A DNA stretch of 64,000 bases from Leucoraja ocellata (Eukaryota). Under the pieces are notes generated by a model that made no database searches, was not told where the DNA came from, and worked only from the letters and a program-made list of their open reading frames with translations. Both the position numbers and the translations under genes were made by a program. The DNA lies in the NCBI GenBank assembly GCA_036785375.1, contig JAWMAR010000202.1, positions 3,596,001 through 3,660,000 of the forward strand, written 5' to 3'. Positions within the stretch are counted from its first letter, which is position 1. Every line of letters begins with the position of its first letter. Shown here piece after piece: positions 61,215 to 64,000 of the stretch.

Positions 61215-61587
61215 TTAAAAAACACTTGGACAGGTACATGGATAGGCAAGGTTTAGTGAGGGATATGGACCAAACATGAGCAAATAAGACTAGCTTAGAT
61301 GGGGCATCTTGGTTGGCATAGGCAAGTTAGACCGAAGGGCATCTTTCTCTGCTCTATGACTTTATGTCAGTGGTCATATTTTTCTCTTTTATTATATTGA
61401 TTAGTGTACAATGTTTACATATTCTGTTGTGCTGCTGCAAATTAAAAAAATAAATCATTGTTCTATTGGGACATGACAATAAAACTCTAGACTATAGACA
61501 ATGTCAACGAGGACCTCAGCAAGTCGCTGCTTCCAGACGGTGAGCGGGAAGCGGGAAGCGCTCCCTGTTGCTGCCGGCGGGGGGAAG

Positions 61588-61728
61588 ATGGTGAGCTGCG
61601 GGCCTTGGCGGCTGCAGGAGGAAAATGATAACGGCCCCGAGTGGCGGCAGCAGGAGGACGGGCGCTTCATCCTTACTTTCCAGCGCTTGTTTTTCGCCAT
61701 GTGTCGCCCGGATAGCTTCCCCATGGCG
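61588..61728 (+). CDS. EEF2KMT: EEF2KMT (FAM86A) exon 1: MVSCGPW...FILTFQRLFFAMCRPDSFPMA
   Basis: CpG island; donor GCG|GTGAGT; aligns from memory with human ..SFERRFLAARTLRSFPWQ; start codon uncertain. Confidence 0.8.
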
Positions 61729-61876
61729 GTGAGTGACCCGCAGATCGCCTCGGCCCTTCTCTCGGCCCGGCCTCCACCAGCCCTCCCCCTCCAGCGCCCC
61801 GGCGCCACTCGGCTTGAGCCAATCTCCCCGCTCTTTCAAATTGTGACCTCTGTTTTTGTTTTAATTTATTTTTCAG

Positions 61877-61939
61877 GAGCTTGAGGAGAGGCTGAGGAAC
61901 AAAAGGAACCCCGCTTTATTGCACCAGATTTTGTGGCAG
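61877..61939 (+). CDS. EEF2KMT: EEF2KMT exon 2: ELEERLRNKRNPALLHQILWQ
   Basis: 63 nt, acceptor tttttcag, donor CAG|GTATAC. Confidence 0.88.
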
Positions 61940-62226
61940 GTATACAGCAAAGATCCTACAGCAAGTAGGATTGGACTTCAATTGAATAATAGATTCATAC
62001 AGCGTGGAAACACGCCCTTCAGCCCAACCTGCCCACACCGATGTCCCATCTACACCAGTCACACCCAAAGATCCGTCACACCTGCCTGTGTTTGGCTCAT
62101 ATCCCATCTAAACCGGTCATATCCATGTCTAATTGCTTCTTAAATTGTATTGTGGTGTGTGATTTGAGATGGGGAAAATACTGAGACAACTTTTGTATCA
62201 TCCTATTTTTCAAATTATTTTATTAG

Positions 62227-62307
62227 ACAATTCTTCATCCGCTTAGCAAAAAATATCCTCCATCGGTGAAGTACAGAAGAATTTTTCTATCGGAGCTGAT
62301 TAAAAAG
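62227..62307 (+). CDS. EEF2KMT: EEF2KMT exon 3: TILHPLSKKYPPSVKYRRIFLSELIKK
   Basis: 81 nt; FAM86 signature HP....PPSVKY...FLSELIKK; donor AAG|GTATGT. Confidence 0.93.
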
Positions 62308-62607
62308 GTATGTTCTTTTCAACTACAGTAAACAAGGTTTGAAGCATGCAGGGGAAAAAATGCTGAACTAATAATAAAAACTTTACAACAGACTATTCAT
62401 TATTATTTCCAGTCAGAAACCTATGGGTGCTGTAAATTGAGTAATTTTTTATCATAAAATATAAATATCAACCTACTTGAAATGAGTAATATGCTAGTTT
62501 ATGCACTGCCGGTTATTCTGTAACGGAATTTTACAATGTATGACACATTTGCTTAATGGCAAATCCCATTGAGTGTACTTGGTGCAGTTGTCCGATGTTA
62601 TCAGAAG

Positions 62608-62755
62608 ATAACACAAAGTGCTGGAGACTGATGAAGAGTCCCGACCCGAAATATCACCTGCCCATTTTCTCCAGAGAGGCTGGCTGACACGTTGAGTTAC
62701 TCCAGCACTTTGTGTCTTTCTTGTAAACAAGCATCTGCAGTTCCTTGTTTCTATA
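62608..62755 (+). mobile_element. pLTR-like mini-element with a CTGATGA..GAAA hammerhead-like core (62628-62655)
   Basis: CTGATGA-AGAGTCCCGACCC-GAAA-TA-TC-ACC; stem I unpaired. Confidence 0.65.
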
Positions 62756-62826
62756 TTCTAGGATGCTATTAGTGTATTTTCCCCGTAAAATTTTAATCCA
62801 TTAAAATGATTTTTTTCTCAATCTAG

Positions 62827-62928
62827 CATGAAAGGGAAAGAGCTGTGCCTCTAGATGAGTTGTATGATGCACTGGGTGAAGTGCTAAAATCAGAAGATTC
62901 ACTGATGTGTTACAAGAACTATTTTCTG
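62827..62928 (+). CDS. EEF2KMT: EEF2KMT exon 4: HERERAVPLDELYDALGEVLKSEDSLMCYKNYFL; gene continues past the window
   Basis: 102 nt, PLDELY motif, donor CTG|GTTAGT. Confidence 0.92.
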
Positions 62929-63050
62929 GTTAGTGTACAACTCATTCTATTATAAAATATTTCTGACACAATTAATAAGAGTAAAATCATTCAAGTTATC
63001 GTAACATTAATAATGTAAAACTGTAAAACCAGTACATATTATTTAGCACA

Positions 63051-63935
63051 CAGTGCCCTCCATAATGTTTGGGACAAAGACCCATCATTTATTTATTTGC
63101 CACTGTACTCCACAATTTGAGATTTGTAATAGAAAAAAAAATCACATGTGGGTAAAGTGCACATTGTCAGATTTGAATAAAGGGCATTTTTATACATTTT
63201 GGTTTCTCCACGTAGAAATTACAGCAGTGTTTATACATCGTCCCCCCATTTCAGGTCACGATAATGTTTGGGACACAGCAATGTCATGTAAATGAAAGTA
63301 GTCATGTTCAGTATTTTGTTGCATATCTTTTGCATGCAATGACTACTTGAAGTCTGTGATTCATGGACATCACCAGTTGCTGGGTGTCTTCTCTGGTGAT
63401 GCTCTGCCAGGCCTGTTTGCAGCCATCTTTAACTTATGCTTGTTTTGAGAGCTAGTCCCTTTCAGTTTTCTCTTCAGCATATAAAAGGCATGCTCAATTG
63501 GGTTCAAATCGAGTGATTGACTTGGCCACTCAAGAATTGACTTTTTTAGGTTTGAAAAACTCCTTTGTTGCTTTAGCAGTATGTTTGGGATCATTGGCTT
63601 GCTGTAGAATGAACCGCTGGCTAATGGGTTTTGAGGCATTTGTTTGAACTTGAGCAGATAGGATGTGTCTATACACTTCAGAATTCATTATGCTACTACC
63701 ATCAGCAGTTGAATCATCAATGAAGATGTGAGCCAGTACCTTAGGCAGCCATACATGCCCAGGCCATAACACCCCCACCAGCGTGTTTCACAGATGAGGT
63801 AGTATGCTTTGGATCTTGGGCAGTTCCTTCTCTCCTCCATACTTTGTTCTTGCCATCACTCTGATATGTTAATCTTCGTCTCATCTGTCCACAAGACCTT
63901 TTTCCAGAACTGTGGTTGCTCCTTTAAGTACTTCT
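63051..63935 (-). mobile_element. Partial Tc1 transposon (one TIR plus decayed transposase 3' half)
   Basis: TIR CAGTGCCCTCCATAATGTTTGGGAC; minus-strand RFILQQANDPKHTAKATKEF and LEWPSQSLDLNPIEH. Confidence 0.9.
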
Positions 63936-64000
63936 GATCTGTAATTTGTTTCATAATTTTTAATGATTCTATCCATTCATCTGGGGCAGTTTGATCTCGT

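Noticed and set aside
62651-62654. ATAT versus ACGT as compensatory covariation in the hammerhead palindrome
   Set aside because: CG>TA is also what double CpG deamination gives, so it is not evidence of selection

Overview
Vertebrate genomic DNA; the repeat families suggest a cartilaginous fish (skate/ray-like), which is inference. Three spliced genes can be rebuilt by hand. (1) A complete GID4 on the minus strand: 6 coding exons, 32867->3462, 206 aa, with a CpG-island promoter. (2) A complete ENPP7-like ectophosphodiesterase on the plus strand: 6 exons, 42156->51192, 490 aa. (3) Exons 1-4 of EEF2KMT/FAM86A on the plus strand from 61588. The rest is mostly transposons: a near full-length CR1 LINE, a young 5'-truncated L1 with a target-site duplication (TSD), a full Passport-type Tc1, a second Tc1 and its MITE, a non-autonomous Helitron, Harbinger-like MITEs, Rex1 and Penelope fragments, SINEs, and a 146-N gap. 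The most interesting signals are: a frame-correct U_UUA_AAC slippery site plus G-rich tract joining CR1 ORF1 to ORF2 (candidate -1 ribosomal frameshift); many TSD-flanked fold-back mini-elements carrying minimal hammerhead ribozyme cores; an ENPP7 paralog next to EEF2KMT with an altered choline pocket and a cytoplasmic tail; a GID4 whose own N-terminus would be a Pro/N-degron; and candidate poison exons in GID4 introns. Most short ORFs in the supplied track are noise.
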